Assembly (NCBI GenBank): GCA_964586135.1
Contig: CAZPGS010000001.1
Coordinates: 18,761-82,760, forward strand
Reading direction: 5' to 3'
DNA from: an uncultured Nitrososphaerota archaeon
Lineage (GTDB): Archaea; Thermoproteota; Methanomethylicia; Nezhaarchaeales; WYZ-LMO8
Length of the DNA: 64,000 nt
Shown: positions 19,751 to 29,618 of the stretch, piece by piece
Layout: each line of letters begins with the position of its first letter
Numbering within the stretch: the stretch's first letter is position 1
The notes under the pieces: generated by a model
Told to the model about the DNA's origin: nothing
The model's database searches: none
The model's input: only the letters and a program-made list of their open reading frames with translations
Program-made: the position numbers and the translations under genes

Positions 19751-20273
19751 GGAGTTACTCAAGGCCCTTCTTCAAGAGATAAGTAGCGAGAAGCTCCTGC
19801 CGCTACCCCAAAACTTCTACGACGCTGCTCTAAGCTACATTCACTCCTTGAAGTTGAGGAAGAACAACGAAGTCAGCGAACTGCAACGCAAGATATGGGA
19901 GGGAGAGATCGCGCTCTTAGAGAAAACACTCTCGATCATTAAGAGCATGAGGGCCCGAAAGATAATGCTTGAAGTTGTGGACGGTAAACCTCTAGAGAAG
20001 TTGCCCCCAGAGGAGGACATTTACTACGTCAATCTCCGAAGAGCCCTCGAGGTCGCTGAACTCGAGCATGTCAAGACCGACGCTGGTGCTGAGGAGACCG
20101 GACCTCAAGAAGGAGGCAATGTCCTGCTATTATTGAAGAAGGGCTTAGACGAGGCCCTTGCTAAAAGGCTGGGCCTGCCTAAGCTCGAGCCAGAAGATGT
20201 AATCTTTATAAATAAGCGGACCGGTAAAGTGCTCATCGACCTAGGGATTGCAGATGAAATAAGCATAAGGTGA
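19743..20273 (+). CDS. GINS subunit, Gins51/Gins15-like
   Basis: LLPLPQNFY and RARKI...LPPEE patterns; conserved position after priS. Confidence 0.7.
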   Translation: MIKELLKALLQEISSEKLLPLPQNFYDAALSYIHSLKLRKNNEVSELQRKIWEGEIALLEKTLSIIKSMRARKIMLEVVDGKPLEKLPPEEDIYYVNLRRALEVAELEHVKTDAGAEETGPQEGGNVLLLLKKGLDEALAKRLGLPKLEPEDVIFINKRTGKVLIDLGIADEISIR

Positions 20274-20569
20274 TTGCAGTGAAAATGCCAAAGGAGATAA
20301 ACACCTATTGTCCTAGATGCAAAACCCACACGCTCCACAGCGTGGCTCTGTACAAAGCAGGAAAGAGGAGAGCCTTGGCCCAAGGTGAGAGGAGGTACGC
20401 GAGGAAGAAGAAAGGATATGGTAGCAAGAGGAAGCCAGAGCAGAAAAGGTTTGCCAAGGTCACCAAAAAGCAAGTCCTAAAGCTTACATGCAAGAAGTGC
20501 GGCTACATACTGCATAGAAGGGGAATGAGGTTGAAGAAGCTGGAAATGGTGGAAGTCGCCAAAAGGTGA
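20270..20569 (+). CDS. rpl44e: 50S ribosomal protein L44e
   Basis: [11 protein letters not shown] and [16 protein letters not shown]. Confidence 0.96.
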   Translation: MIAVKMPKEINTYCPRCKTHTLHSVALYKAGKRRALAQGERRYARKKKGYGSKRKPEQKRFAKVTKKQVLKLTCKKCGYILHRRGMRLKKLEMVEVAKR

Positions 20570-20576
20570 TGATGGC

Positions 20577-20777
20577 GTGGTCAAGAGGAGAAAGGAGCTT
20601 GTTCCCACGCCCAAATCGAAGTTTTACAACGTTAGGTGTCCAGACTGTGGCAATACGCAGATAATCTTCAGCCACGCCTCAACTTACGTGCACTGCTTCG
20701 TTTGTGGTAAGCTGTTGGTGGCACCGACAGGCGGCAAAGCGAGGATAGAAGGGAAGAAGGTCAGCGAACTCGGATGA
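20577..20777 (+). CDS. rps27e: 30S ribosomal protein S27e
   Basis: PKSKF..VRCPDCGNTQIIFSHA and PTGGKA. Confidence 0.96.
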   Translation: MVKRRKELVPTPKSKFYNVRCPDCGNTQIIFSHASTYVHCFVCGKLLVAPTGGKARIEGKKVSELG

Positions 20778-20798
20778 GCCACGGAAAGGTGGAGGCAA

Positions 20799-21599
20799 TT
20801 GATAAAGAAGAAGAGGGAGTGGCCACAACAAGGAGAGGTAGTAATAGGGACGGTGGCGCAGGTATTTGATAAAGGAGCTTACATAACCCTCGACGAATAC
20901 GGAGGGAAGAGGGCTTACTTGTCATTAAGTGAGGTCTCTTCGTCTTGGTTTCACAACATTAGGGATGTCATACGCGAAGGCCAGAAGACGGCCTTTAAAG
21001 TCATTAGGGTCGATCCTTCGAAGGGACACGTAGACCTCTCGTTAAAGAGAGTAGCCGACGTGGAGAGGGACAGAAAGATCTTCGAGTGGAAGAGGGCCAA
21101 GAAGGCCGAAGTCATGCTAGACTTCGCGGCAAAGAAGTTAGGGAGGAAGCTCGATGAGGCTTATGAAGAAGCGGGATGGAAACTCGAAGACCATTACGGC
21201 GAGATCTATGCTGGGCTTGAAGAGGCCGCTCGAAGGGGTATAGAGGCTCTGCTCGCAGCCGGGGTCAGCGAAGAGTGGGCCAAGATCTTGGCCGAGCTAG
21301 CCAGAGAGCACATAGAGATACCCCAAGTGAAGATGTCGATGACCCTCGAGCTGAGGTGTCACGGACCTCTGGGCATCGAAGCGATAAAGAGGGCCCTCAT
21401 TGAGGCCTTAAACTACGCAAAGAGCAAAGGCTATCAAGTCAAGATCTACGCTGACGGGGCACCTAAGTACAGGATCGACGCCACGGCAGAGGAGTACAAA
21501 ACCCTCAAGAGCATATTGAAGGAGGTAGCCAACGTGGCTTTAAGCGTGATATCGAAAGAGGGAGGGCAAGGAAGGATACTCGAGGAACCGAAGAAGTAG
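20799..21599 (+). CDS. eif2a: Translation initiation factor 2 alpha subunit
   Basis: N-terminal S1 domain (GAYITLDEY, GHVDLSLKRV) and GAPKYRI. Confidence 0.95.
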   Translation: MIKKKREWPQQGEVVIGTVAQVFDKGAYITLDEYGGKRAYLSLSEVSSSWFHNIRDVIREGQKTAFKVIRVDPSKGHVDLSLKRVADVERDRKIFEWKRAKKAEVMLDFAAKKLGRKLDEAYEEAGWKLEDHYGEIYAGLEEAARRGIEALLAAGVSEEWAKILAELAREHIEIPQVKMSMTLELRCHGPLGIEAIKRALIEALNYAKSKGYQVKIYADGAPKYRIDATAEEYKTLKSILKEVANVALSVISKEGGQGRILEEPKK

Positions 21600-21609
21600 G
21601 TGTTGAGGC

Positions 21610-21774
21610 TTGAAGAGCTTGTTGATGAGGTGCAGAGAGTGCGGGAGGTACACGCTACAACGCGACAAGTGTCCCTACTGCGGAGGAGAGCTGAAGGTAC
21701 CGCACCCGCCTAGATACTCGCCTCATGATAAATATGTGACGTATAGACTTAAGGCCAAGCTCCTAAGAGAGTAA
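21610..21774 (+). CDS. nop10: H/ACA RNP protein Nop10
   Basis: Manual translation MKSLLMRCRECGRYTLQRDKCPYCGGELKVPHPPRYSPHDKY...; follows aIF2-alpha as usual. Not in the ORF track. Confidence 0.93.
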   Translation: MKSLLMRCRECGRYTLQRDKCPYCGGELKVPHPPRYSPHDKYVTYRLKAKLLRE

Positions 21775-21859
21775 CCAAGACTTCACGATGATCTCCATGC
21801 TATGTAATTCGCAATAGGGTTAGGTTGTCCAGCTAAACTCATGCAAACGCGGTACGGGG

Positions 21860-23782
21860 TCACCATATTACGCGATAGATTGCTATGTACTGTGAATCGC
21901 AGTAGACCTTTTCAAAGTGAGCTAAGCTAGCTACATATTCAGGCTGCCATATTCCTAGGACGAGCTTTGTTAAGAGGGCGTTAAAATTGCCTATGCCCCA
22001 CCCTTGTTGGGTCAGCTGAAATGACGGCGTTGGAGAGCCAGCTATCTTCGCTATGGCGTGGCTTTTAGGAACTTCTTCGAGTGAGACCAACACGTACACT
22101 TCTCTGCCCTCTAAGCCGAAGCTTCTCTTCAAAATCTTTAGTGACTCCTCTTCGCTTTCCGACATGAAGAACTTTGCTACCTCGACGTTCCTCCACTCAT
22201 GTACATTCCCGGGGTCTACGATTGTGGTCCTATTGGCGTAGTATTGTATTAAGTAGCCGTAGTCCCACCAAGAGATTACTATGGCGTTTTGATCCGTGTT
22301 TTCTCTCAGCCATAGAAGCGCCCCTAGCCAATAATTATGACCGCTCATGCCTATGTTTTCATATAGCATTGCATGGCTGACGACCGGGCCATATCCAGAA
22401 GAATACGTGGGAATGGCGAATAACGATAGGATGGCCAGTACTGCTAACGCCATTGAGAGGCCGAGGCCCATCACCGCTTCTCGATTGAGCCTCAAGCCTT
22501 TCTTCCACCTGACGAAGAGCCTAGAACCGTAATGATTTATGAGCCTTGACGTCACGTCCCCGGCCATCACCGCCACGGCCATCGACAAGAACATCAATAG
22601 TCTCGTCTCAGAGGACGCGAGGACGGCGGACACGCCGAAGAGCGACACCATGAATAGATAATTGTTCCTGTCCTTTGGATCCTTCAGGCTTCTCGGCACA
22701 AGCGCAAAGACCGCAAATATGAGTGGTAAGCCCACTTGGTTCCACACATCGTAAGCAACAGGTCTTTGGGACTCCGCGACCGTCGAGCGGACTAGCCCTT
22801 TGCTACCGAAGAGCCAGTCCACCAGCCTGAAGACGTAATTAAGCTCTGTCAACCAAAAGACCGCCGCTAAGACTATCAGTATGGCGACGACGTATCTCCT
22901 CTTGACTTTGCTCAGGGCCATTAGGGGGATGGCCGCGCCTACAGGAGCGAGGAACATTATCGACCTGAAGAAGTCCAGACCGCCGTGCCTGATTGTGAAG
23001 AGGGCAACAAAAACGCCTGACACCATCAACGCCAGTAGGTAGGGTATGGAAATGAGGCTGAGGCTCTTACCGTCCTTGCCGAAGAGCGCCATTAGCAGGG
23101 CGTAAGCCATTAGGACGAGGTACGCGAATAGAGAACCCACCCAGCCGATGGCCGCGACACCGATGAGCGCGCCGGACGCTACTGCAAGCGCTACTGACGC
23201 TATCAAGTTGCGCTTGCGCCCTTGGGCGGTCACGAGGTTAAATGACGAGAGGGCGAGGGCGAGGCCCGCGAACATCAAGGGCGTCGTGAAGGCCTCCTTG
23301 TCACAGAAGCCCTCGAAGGACCTCAGGAGGAAGGCTGGGGCGGCGGCTGACAGGAAGGCGGCTATTACGCCGGCGGTCATGGATCTCGTGAGCGCTCTAG
23401 TGATGAAGAACACCGGTATCACTATCAGGGGGGCGAAGAGGGCTGGCAACAGTATGGCCACGTCGATCGGTTGCAAGCCAGTCAGCCAAGAGAAGCCAGC
23501 TATGAACCACGAGACCAAGGGTAGCTCGTACTTGGTGTTGAACCCCTGAGGGTAGTACCTCAGGGTGTCGTTGGAGGGCATGGAGCCGCTCAAGAGCGCC
23601 TCGGCGTACCTTAGGTGCACGTAGGGGTCGTCGCCCGTCAGGACGTGCTGATCCGAAAACCGCGGCAGAGACCTCAGGTAACAGCCTAGGGCGTAGGCCA
23701 TTAAGAGCAAGGCCACGACTATGAGCGGCCTAAGTCTAAACAATTTCTCGTAAACCGCCCTCCAAACCTCTGGCTTATTCAA
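21860..23782 (-). CDS. aglB: Oligosaccharyltransferase AglB/STT3
   Basis: Multiple TM helices; DDPYVH, FCDKE, TVAE and WWDYG motifs. Confidence 0.9.
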   Translation of the reverse strand: MNKPEVWRAVYEKLFRLRPLIVVALLLMAYALGCYLRSLPRFSDQHVLTGDDPYVHLRYAEALLSGSMPSNDTLRYYPQGFNTKYELPLVSWFIAGFSWLTGLQPIDVAILLPALFAPLIVIPVFFITRALTRSMTAGVIAAFLSAAAPAFLLRSFEGFCDKEAFTTPLMFAGLALALSSFNLVTAQGRKRNLIASVALAVASGALIGVAAIGWVGSLFAYLVLMAYALLMALFGKDGKSLSLISIPYLLALMVSGVFVALFTIRHGGLDFFRSIMFLAPVGAAIPLMALSKVKRRYVVAILIVLAAVFWLTELNYVFRLVDWLFGSKGLVRSTVAESQRPVAYDVWNQVGLPLIFAVFALVPRSLKDPKDRNNYLFMVSLFGVSAVLASSETRLLMFLSMAVAVMAGDVTSRLINHYGSRLFVRWKKGLRLNREAVMGLGLSMALAVLAILSLFAIPTYSSGYGPVVSHAMLYENIGMSGHNYWLGALLWLRENTDQNAIVISWWDYGYLIQYYANRTTIVDPGNVHEWRNVEVAKFFMSESEEESLKILKRSFGLEGREVYVLVSLEEVPKSHAIAKIAGSPTPSFQLTQQGWGIGNFNALLTKLVLGIWQPEYVASLAHFEKVYCDSQYIAIYRVIW

Positions 23783-24033
23783 TGTACTTCACCACCTGAG
23801 GGACATGACATTAACGATGCCATCTTCGATCACGTTCCTCGCGCCGAGGGACGCTAAAATTGTCTTTGTCCTCCTATTAAAGCAACGCACGCAAAGGGCA
23901 TGAAAGGACCACCTAGCTGACAAGCCCAGTCCGTACTTTAAAGTTTAAAACTTTTGACGGCTCTAGTGTTGAGAGACGTAATCATAACATCTGAGCATGG
24001 TAAAGGACTTGAGCCGGCCTAGTAACGTGAGAG

Positions 24034-27000
24034 ATGATGGGCATGGAGATGAAGAGTTACGATCCGTTGAAGGTTGAGCATTGCGTGAGGGCTTTCTGGC
24101 ACGACAACGACGTAATAAACAAGTGCTTCGAGGCACGGAAGGGGAGAGGGCTCTTCAGCTTCTTGGAGGGTCCGCCCACAACAAATGGCTTCATGCACGT
24201 GGGTCATGCAAGAGGTAGGACGCTCAAGGACATAGTCATTAAGTTCAAGCTCATGCAGGGCTTTGACGTGTGGCACCGTGCCGGCTGGGACACCCAAGGC
24301 CTGCCAGTCGAGCTTGAGGTCGAGAAGAACTTGGGCCTGAGGTCAAAGAAGGACATAGAGGTCGTGGGCTACGAAAGGTTCGTGGAGGAGTGCAATAAGC
24401 TCGTGGACTACTACTTAGGCCATTGGAGGAAGGCCTCAGAGCTACTAGGCCTGTGGCTCGACTACGACAGCGCATATCAAACGAGGCGTAAAGAGTACAT
24501 AGAGTTCATATGGTGGGCCCTGAAGCAAACGTATGAAAGAGGGCTACTAGTCGAAGATCTTAAGGTAATAGCATTTTGCCCTCGTTGCGAGACCCCTCTC
24601 TCAGACCAAGAGGTCGCTTTGGGCTATGCGAGCATAGAAGATCCCTCGATCTACGTGAAGATCTCGTTGCTCGATAGGGAGTCCACGTACGTAGTCATTT
24701 GGACCACGACCCCCTGGACCCTGCCAGCTAACGAGGCCGTGTGTTTGCATCCGGACGAGTACTACGTCGAGGTCGAGGTGGGAGGCGAGAGGTGGATTTT
24801 GGCCGAGAAGCTCTTGGAGAAGGTCATGGTAGAGGTGGGGATAAAGGGGTACAAAATACTCAGGAAGTTCCTTGGATCGGAACTTGAGGGTACCAAGTAC
24901 CTACACCCGCTTCTAGACGAAGTGCCCGAGCACAAGGACCACCATGCCTCTCACATAATAACGTGTGATCAAGGAGTTAGCATGGAGGAAGGTAGTGGAT
25001 GTGTGCACATAGCCCCAGCTCATGGACCCGAGGACTTCGAAATAGGCAAGAGGTATTCGTTACCTGTGTTCTGCCCGGTGGAGGTCAACGGATTCTATTC
25101 GGACAAAGCTGGCAAATACAGGGGCATGTACGTAAGGGAGGCCAACAGGGTCATCATTGAAGACTTGAGGAAGAAGGGGCTGTTGGCCTACGAGGAGACG
25201 ATACTTCACGAGTACCCTCGTTGCTGGAGGTGCGACACCCCCTTAATCTACAGAGCCGACAGGCAGTGGTTCTTGCGCATAGAGCCCATAAAGAGCTTGA
25301 TCTTGGAGGAGAACGAGAAGGTGAGGTGGGCCCCGCCGTGGGCAGGTAAGGCTAGGTTCCACGACTGGATCGTCAACGCTAGGGATTGGTGCATTTCGCG
25401 CTTAAGGGTGTGGGGCTCGCCCTTGAACATCTGGACGTGCACAAAGTGCGGGCACAGGGTCTGCGTGGGCTCAATTGAAGAGCTCAAGAGCTTGGCCTTA
25501 ACCCGCCTCGAGGACGTGGAGCTTCATAGGCCGTGGATCGACGCCGTCAGGCTCAGATGCCCGAATTGCAGGGGCGAGATGAGGAGAGAGCCGCATGTGC
25601 TTGATTGCTGGCTAGACTCTGGAGTAGCGCACGCTGCAAGCATTGACTACCTGGAAGACAAAGCGCTGTTTGAGAAGTTGTTTCCCTACGACTTCATAAC
25701 CGAGGCGGTTGACCAGACAAGAGGGTGGTTCTTCTCGCTGATCTTCACGAGCGTGATGTTGTTCGGTAAAGCTCCTTACAAGAGCGTGTTATGTCAAGGC
25801 CACGTGCTCGATAAACTAGGCCAGAAGATGTCGAAGAGCAGAGGAAATGTCATTTGGGCTCGCGACGTCATAGAAGCCGAAGGAGCTGATCCCTTGCGCT
25901 TGTACTTAGTCATGAAAGCGGCTCCTTGGGAATCGTTGAACTTCGACATCGAAGAGTTGAAGTCGGTCAAACGCACCTTGAATATAATCTTCAACGTATT
26001 CAAATTTGCCAATACATACATGGATCTCGATAAATTTGATTACAAAAAATACCCAATAGATTTGTTTATCAACAAGCTTTATCCAGAAGACCAGTGGATC
26101 CTCTCGAAGATTCAGACCACCATCGAAGAAGTGACCTCAAACATCGAGACGTATAACATACACGAAGCGGCGAAGGCCATAGTCAACTTCTTTGTCGAGG
26201 ACCTGAGCCATGGCTACATAAGGTTCATTAGGAGGAGGGTTTGGCTAGAAGAGGAGAACGTCGAGAAGCTCATGACTTATAGCGTATTGTACTATGTGCT
26301 CGATAAGGCTCTCAGACTCATGGCCCCCTTCGTCCCACACTTAGCTGAATGGTTGTACCAGGCGTTCTTGAAGAAGTTCGGCGGCTTAAAGGAAGAAAGC
26401 TTGTTCATGCTTAATTGGCCCTCGACCGAGGCCAAGTTCATCAAGAAAGAGCTTGAAGAAGGCGCATCGCTACTCATGGAGGCGCTAACGCTTGTGGCAA
26501 GCGCGAGGCAGAAAGCCAAGCTCAAGGGTAGATGGCCAGTCTCCGACGTCGTCGTTGTGGTATTCGATGAGGGACAGGCCGCGAAGCTAGGCGCGTTTCA
26601 TAAAGCGCTACGCGAGCAAGCCAACGCCCGAAACGTCGTTATCACAACTGCCATACCCAATAACATGAGGTTAAAGGTAATGGTTCAGGAAGGTAAGGTC
26701 AAGAGGGCTCTGAGGCCTAAGATGGCAAAGCTCCTCGAACAGCTGGATAAGGCCGATGTCAAGAAGATGGTAAAAGAACTTTGTGTTCACGGTAAGGTAA
26801 ATGTTAACGTAGAAGTCGAGGAGATATCGCTGAACAACGAGGACGTAAAAGTGATCGGAGTCGAGGACTATGAGAGTTGGGCTTTCACCTTGGGCAAACG
26901 CATGTTAGTATGCATGAACACGACGCGAGACAGAGAGCTTGAGGCCGAGGCCTTAACTAGGGAGCTCGTCCGTAGAATACAGTACATGCGCAAGGAGCTT

Positions 27001-27237
27001 AACTTAAACATCGAAGATTACATAGATCTAGCAATCGAGGCGGACGAGGGCGTTCTAAACATCTTGAGCACAAAGAACGTAGATTACTTGAAGAGTGAAG
27101 TCAGGGCTAGGGAGTTAAAGATGGGTAGTAAAGTGGACGTGACCGGAGAAGGCTGGTACGCAAAGGAGTGGGACGTAGATGGACTGGGGGTCAAAATACA
27201 CTTACGAAAGAGTGGAGAAGGAAGACAAAGTTTTTAG
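24034..27237 (+). CDS. ileS: Isoleucine--tRNA ligase
   Basis: EGPP..NG..HVGH, GWDTQGLPVE, WTTTPWTLP, DWCISR, DQTRGWF and KMSKS motifs. Confidence 0.97.
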   Translation: MMGMEMKSYDPLKVEHCVRAFWHDNDVINKCFEARKGRGLFSFLEGPPTTNGFMHVGHARGRTLKDIVIKFKLMQGFDVWHRAGWDTQGLPVELEVEKNLGLRSKKDIEVVGYERFVEECNKLVDYYLGHWRKASELLGLWLDYDSAYQTRRKEYIEFIWWALKQTYERGLLVEDLKVIAFCPRCETPLSDQEVALGYASIEDPSIYVKISLLDRESTYVVIWTTTPWTLPANEAVCLHPDEYYVEVEVGGERWILAEKLLEKVMVEVGIKGYKILRKFLGSELEGTKYLHPLLDEVPEHKDHHASHIITCDQGVSMEEGSGCVHIAPAHGPEDFEIGKRYSLPVFCPVEVNGFYSDKAGKYRGMYVREANRVIIEDLRKKGLLAYEETILHEYPRCWRCDTPLIYRADRQWFLRIEPIKSLILEENEKVRWAPPWAGKARFHDWIVNARDWCISRLRVWGSPLNIWTCTKCGHRVCVGSIEELKSLALTRLEDVELHRPWIDAVRLRCPNCRGEMRREPHVLDCWLDSGVAHAASIDYLEDKALFEKLFPYDFITEAVDQTRGWFFSLIFTSVMLFGKAPYKSVLCQGHVLDKLGQKMSKSRGNVIWARDVIEAEGADPLRLYLVMKAAPWESLNFDIEELKSVKRTLNIIFNVFKFANTYMDLDKFDYKKYPIDLFINKLYPEDQWILSKIQTTIEEVTSNIETYNIHEAAKAIVNFFVEDLSHGYIRFIRRRVWLEEENVEKLMTYSVLYYVLDKALRLMAPFVPHLAEWLYQAFLKKFGGLKEESLFMLNWPSTEAKFIKKELEEGASLLMEALTLVASARQKAKLKGRWPVSDVVVVVFDEGQAAKLGAFHKALREQANARNVVITTAIPNNMRLKVMVQEGKVKRALRPKMAKLLEQLDKADVKKMVKELCVHGKVNVNVEVEEISLNNEDVKVIGVEDYESWAFTLGKRMLVCMNTTRDRELEAEALTRELVRRIQYMRKELNLNIEDYIDLAIEADEGVLNILSTKNVDYLKSEVRARELKMGSKVDVTGEGWYAKEWDVDGLGVKIHLRKSGEGRQSF

Positions 27238-27263
27238 TTGAGCGAAGAGCCGAGTAATTTTGG

Positions 27264-27348
27264 GCCGGGATGGCCGAGCGGACCAAGGCGCCAGCCTTGA
27301 GAGCTGGTGCCCCATTGGGGCGCGCGGGTTCGAATCCCGCTCCCGGCG
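27264..27348 (+). tRNA. tRNA-Ser(TGA)
   Basis: Acceptor GCCGGGA/TCCCGGC; anticodon arm CCAGC-CT-TGA-GA-GCTGG; long variable arm GCCCC-ATT-GGGGC; GGTTCGAATCC. No intron and no encoded CCA. Confidence 0.96.
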
Positions 27349-27381
27349 TCACAACAAGTGTTACTCGACGAAGGGATCGGT

Positions 27382-27807
27382 ATGAGCATAAAGTTCTTAG
27401 ACCATCCATCTGACGTCTACGTCGAGGTTAGGGCCAAGAGCTTAGAGGAGGCCTTTGCTCTCAGCGGAATGGCAGTTTATGAGGTCATGACCGACGTGAG
27501 CCGTGTTAAAGAGCAGGAGAGGGTGGAGGTCGCGGTCGAAGGTTTCGACTTATACTCCTTGCTCTACAATTGGCTCGAGGGATTGATATACCTCTTTGAC
27601 TCAAGAGGGTTCTTGGGCTCAGAAATAAAGGTTGAGAAAGTGAGCAGAAACGAGAACGGCTTTAAACTAAAAGCAGTAGTACTCGGCGAAAAATACGATG
27701 CCAAGCGTCATGAGTCGAAGACAGCCATAAAAGCTGCAACGTATCACTTAATGGAGATAAAAAAGGAGGGCGACGAATACGTAATTAAGTTCGTCTTGGA
27801 CATCTGA
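27382..27807 (+). CDS. Archease
   Basis: FLDHPSDV...IKAATYH...FVLDI. ATG at 27382; the longer ORF in the track overlaps the tRNA. Confidence 0.93.
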   Translation: MSIKFLDHPSDVYVEVRAKSLEEAFALSGMAVYEVMTDVSRVKEQERVEVAVEGFDLYSLLYNWLEGLIYLFDSRGFLGSEIKVEKVSRNENGFKLKAVVLGEKYDAKRHESKTAIKAATYHLMEIKKEGDEYVIKFVLDI

Positions 27808-27820
27808 TGCGCTCAGCTTT

Positions 27821-28540
27821 TCAGATCGACTTGAGGTACTCCTCCCTCTTCCTCAAGAAGTCACCCATTTCGCTGAAAGGCTTGGCAGGGCTCCCCCTTA
27901 CGGCGACGCCTTCTGGAACGTCCTTCGTCACTACGCTGCCAGCCGCGACAAATGAGTTGGGCCCCACCTTTACCCCTGCAATGATTACGGCGTTGGCGGC
28001 GATAATAGCTCCCTTACATATTCTAGTCATGACTATTTTACCGCTTGGGGGATACTTGTCGTTCGTTATGACCACTCCAGGGCCTAAGAAGACGTCGTCC
28101 TCTACCACGGTACGCCTGGGTATAAAGACGTTCGATTGGACGTTAACCTGAGAGCCTATGCAAGCTTCACCCTCTATTATGGTATAAGACCCAATACTTG
28201 AGCCGTCGCCTATCTCGGTATCTTCACGAACGAGCACGTTATGCCCGAGCTGGACTCGATTACCTATCTTGACCCGCTCATAGATGATGCAACCGCTACG
28301 TATCATGCAACTCTCTCCAATGATGCAACCCTCGCTCACTTTGTCAAAGGCCTGGTCTAAGTCTTGAGGTCGCACCCTCATCTCTAAGACTTTAGCCAAG
28401 TTCTTACGAGTAGGGTAGCCCAACACCACCATATCATCGACTATCGTGTTGCTACTTACTACCGTCCTACCGTAAATCCTAATTAAAGACCCTAAAAATG
28501 GCGTGTTTACTGAGGCCTTATGAGAAACAAAGCGCCACAA
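27821..28540 (-). CDS. Hexapeptide-repeat (left-handed beta-helix) acyltransferase, sugar N-acetyltransferase-like
   Basis: Hexapeptide repeats, VFLGPGVVITNDKYP and AAGSVVTKDVP...GSPAK. Confidence 0.85.
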   Translation of the reverse strand: MWRFVSHKASVNTPFLGSLIRIYGRTVVSSNTIVDDMVVLGYPTRKNLAKVLEMRVRPQDLDQAFDKVSEGCIIGESCMIRSGCIIYERVKIGNRVQLGHNVLVREDTEIGDGSSIGSYTIIEGEACIGSQVNVQSNVFIPRRTVVEDDVFLGPGVVITNDKYPPSGKIVMTRICKGAIIAANAVIIAGVKVGPNSFVAAGSVVTKDVPEGVAVRGSPAKPFSEMGDFLRKREEYLKSI

Positions 28541-28558
28541 TGTTGATCACCAGCTCAG

Positions 28559-28621
28559 GGCCTCAGCTCATGAATGGCCTTTCATTTTCAGTTTCAACAC
28601 TCGGCAAGCTCTTCATCGGCC
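28559..28621 (-). ncRNA. Box C/D methylation guide sRNA
   Basis: Minus strand reads GGCC-g-ATGAAGA(C)-12 nt GCTTGCCGAGTG-TTGA(D')-8 nt-ATGAAAG(C')-12 nt GCCATTCATGAG-CTGA(D)-GGCC. It has the archaeal 12-nt guide spacing and a terminal stem. Confidence 0.75.
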
Positions 28622-28671
28622 AGTTAAACTTGTGAGAGGGGGGCTATAAACTCTCTCGAGGGGACTATTAA

Positions 28672-29547
28672 TTGAGGATAGCAGTCGCATTGCCATCGAC
28701 GGCCTTAGCTGAGGCAAACTCTCTACTTGAGAAGACTATCAAAGTCGGATTCATGGCCAGGGCCCTAGCCATATTTAAGGTTGAGCAACTAATCATATAC
28801 TGCGATGAGGCCGAGGGCGTCGATGAGAGGGCCCTCTTGGGAAAGCTCTTCAACTACTTAACCTGTCCGCAGTACTTCAGGAAGAGAGTCTTCTCCCTTG
28901 ATCCTAGCCTAAAATACGTAGGCCTGCTGCCACCTCTAAACACCCCTAACCATCCAATAGAAAAGAGCGTAAAGGACTTGCCCGAGATCTGCTATCGAGA
29001 AGGGCTCGTGATAGGCAGTGCTAGAGGAAGGTATTTGGCCGATGTGGGGGTCGAGGTCCCTCTTGCATTTCAAAGCTCGAGAAAGTTGAGGAGGGGTGAT
29101 AGGGTAATCTTGAGGATCATTAAAAGGGGCAACGAAGTTGCTGAAGTTAAAGAAGTCGAGAGGGGCGAGGTGCCTCATTACTTCGGATTCACGGTCGACG
29201 TGACGAATTTAAACCTCAAGGGGATGATATCTTCGTTTAAGGGAGATGCTCTAGTCATAGCGACTTCTAGATATGGTAGAGAAGTGCACAGAGAAGTGCA
29301 AAATCTCCTAGAGTTAATGAGGAAGTACGAGAAGATGCTCTTGATATTCGGCTCGCCGCTTAGGGGGCTCTACGAGATAGCAAAGAGAGAGGGATTTGAT
29401 CTAGACGAGGAGGTTCACATGACCCTGAACTTCGTGCCTGGGCAGGGAACTAAAACCGTGAGGGTCGAAGAAGCGCTGTACTCGACGCTTGCGATAATCA
29501 ACTTACTTCGCTACGAGGTCGAAGGACTGTCCGTCTTAAGGAAATAA
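28672..29547 (+). CDS. SPOUT methyltransferase, COG2106/SPOUT1-like
   Basis: CPQYFRK, GLLPPL..PNH and PGQGTKTVRVEEA; sits upstream of rpl3 as usual. Confidence 0.9.
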   Translation: MRIAVALPSTALAEANSLLEKTIKVGFMARALAIFKVEQLIIYCDEAEGVDERALLGKLFNYLTCPQYFRKRVFSLDPSLKYVGLLPPLNTPNHPIEKSVKDLPEICYREGLVIGSARGRYLADVGVEVPLAFQSSRKLRRGDRVILRIIKRGNEVAEVKEVERGEVPHYFGFTVDVTNLNLKGMISSFKGDALVIATSRYGREVHREVQNLLELMRKYEKMLLIFGSPLRGLYEIAKREGFDLDEEVHMTLNFVPGQGTKTVRVEEALYSTLAIINLLRYEVEGLSVLRK

Positions 29548-29618
29548 AAGATTAAATAGGGGGCTGGGGGATTTTACTCTTCAACGCCGTTGAGCTGAAA
29601 ACTCCGAGGGATTAGGAA

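Noticed and set aside
23896..23927. GGGC-ATGAAAG-10 nt-CTGA-caa-GCCC, a half C/D-like motif
   Set aside because: Only one box pair, wrong spacing, and no second guide found.
27191..27409. ORFs overlapping tRNA-Ser (27191-27409 minus; start 27307 for archease)
   Set aside because: They overlap a clear tRNA. Archease starts at ATG 27382.
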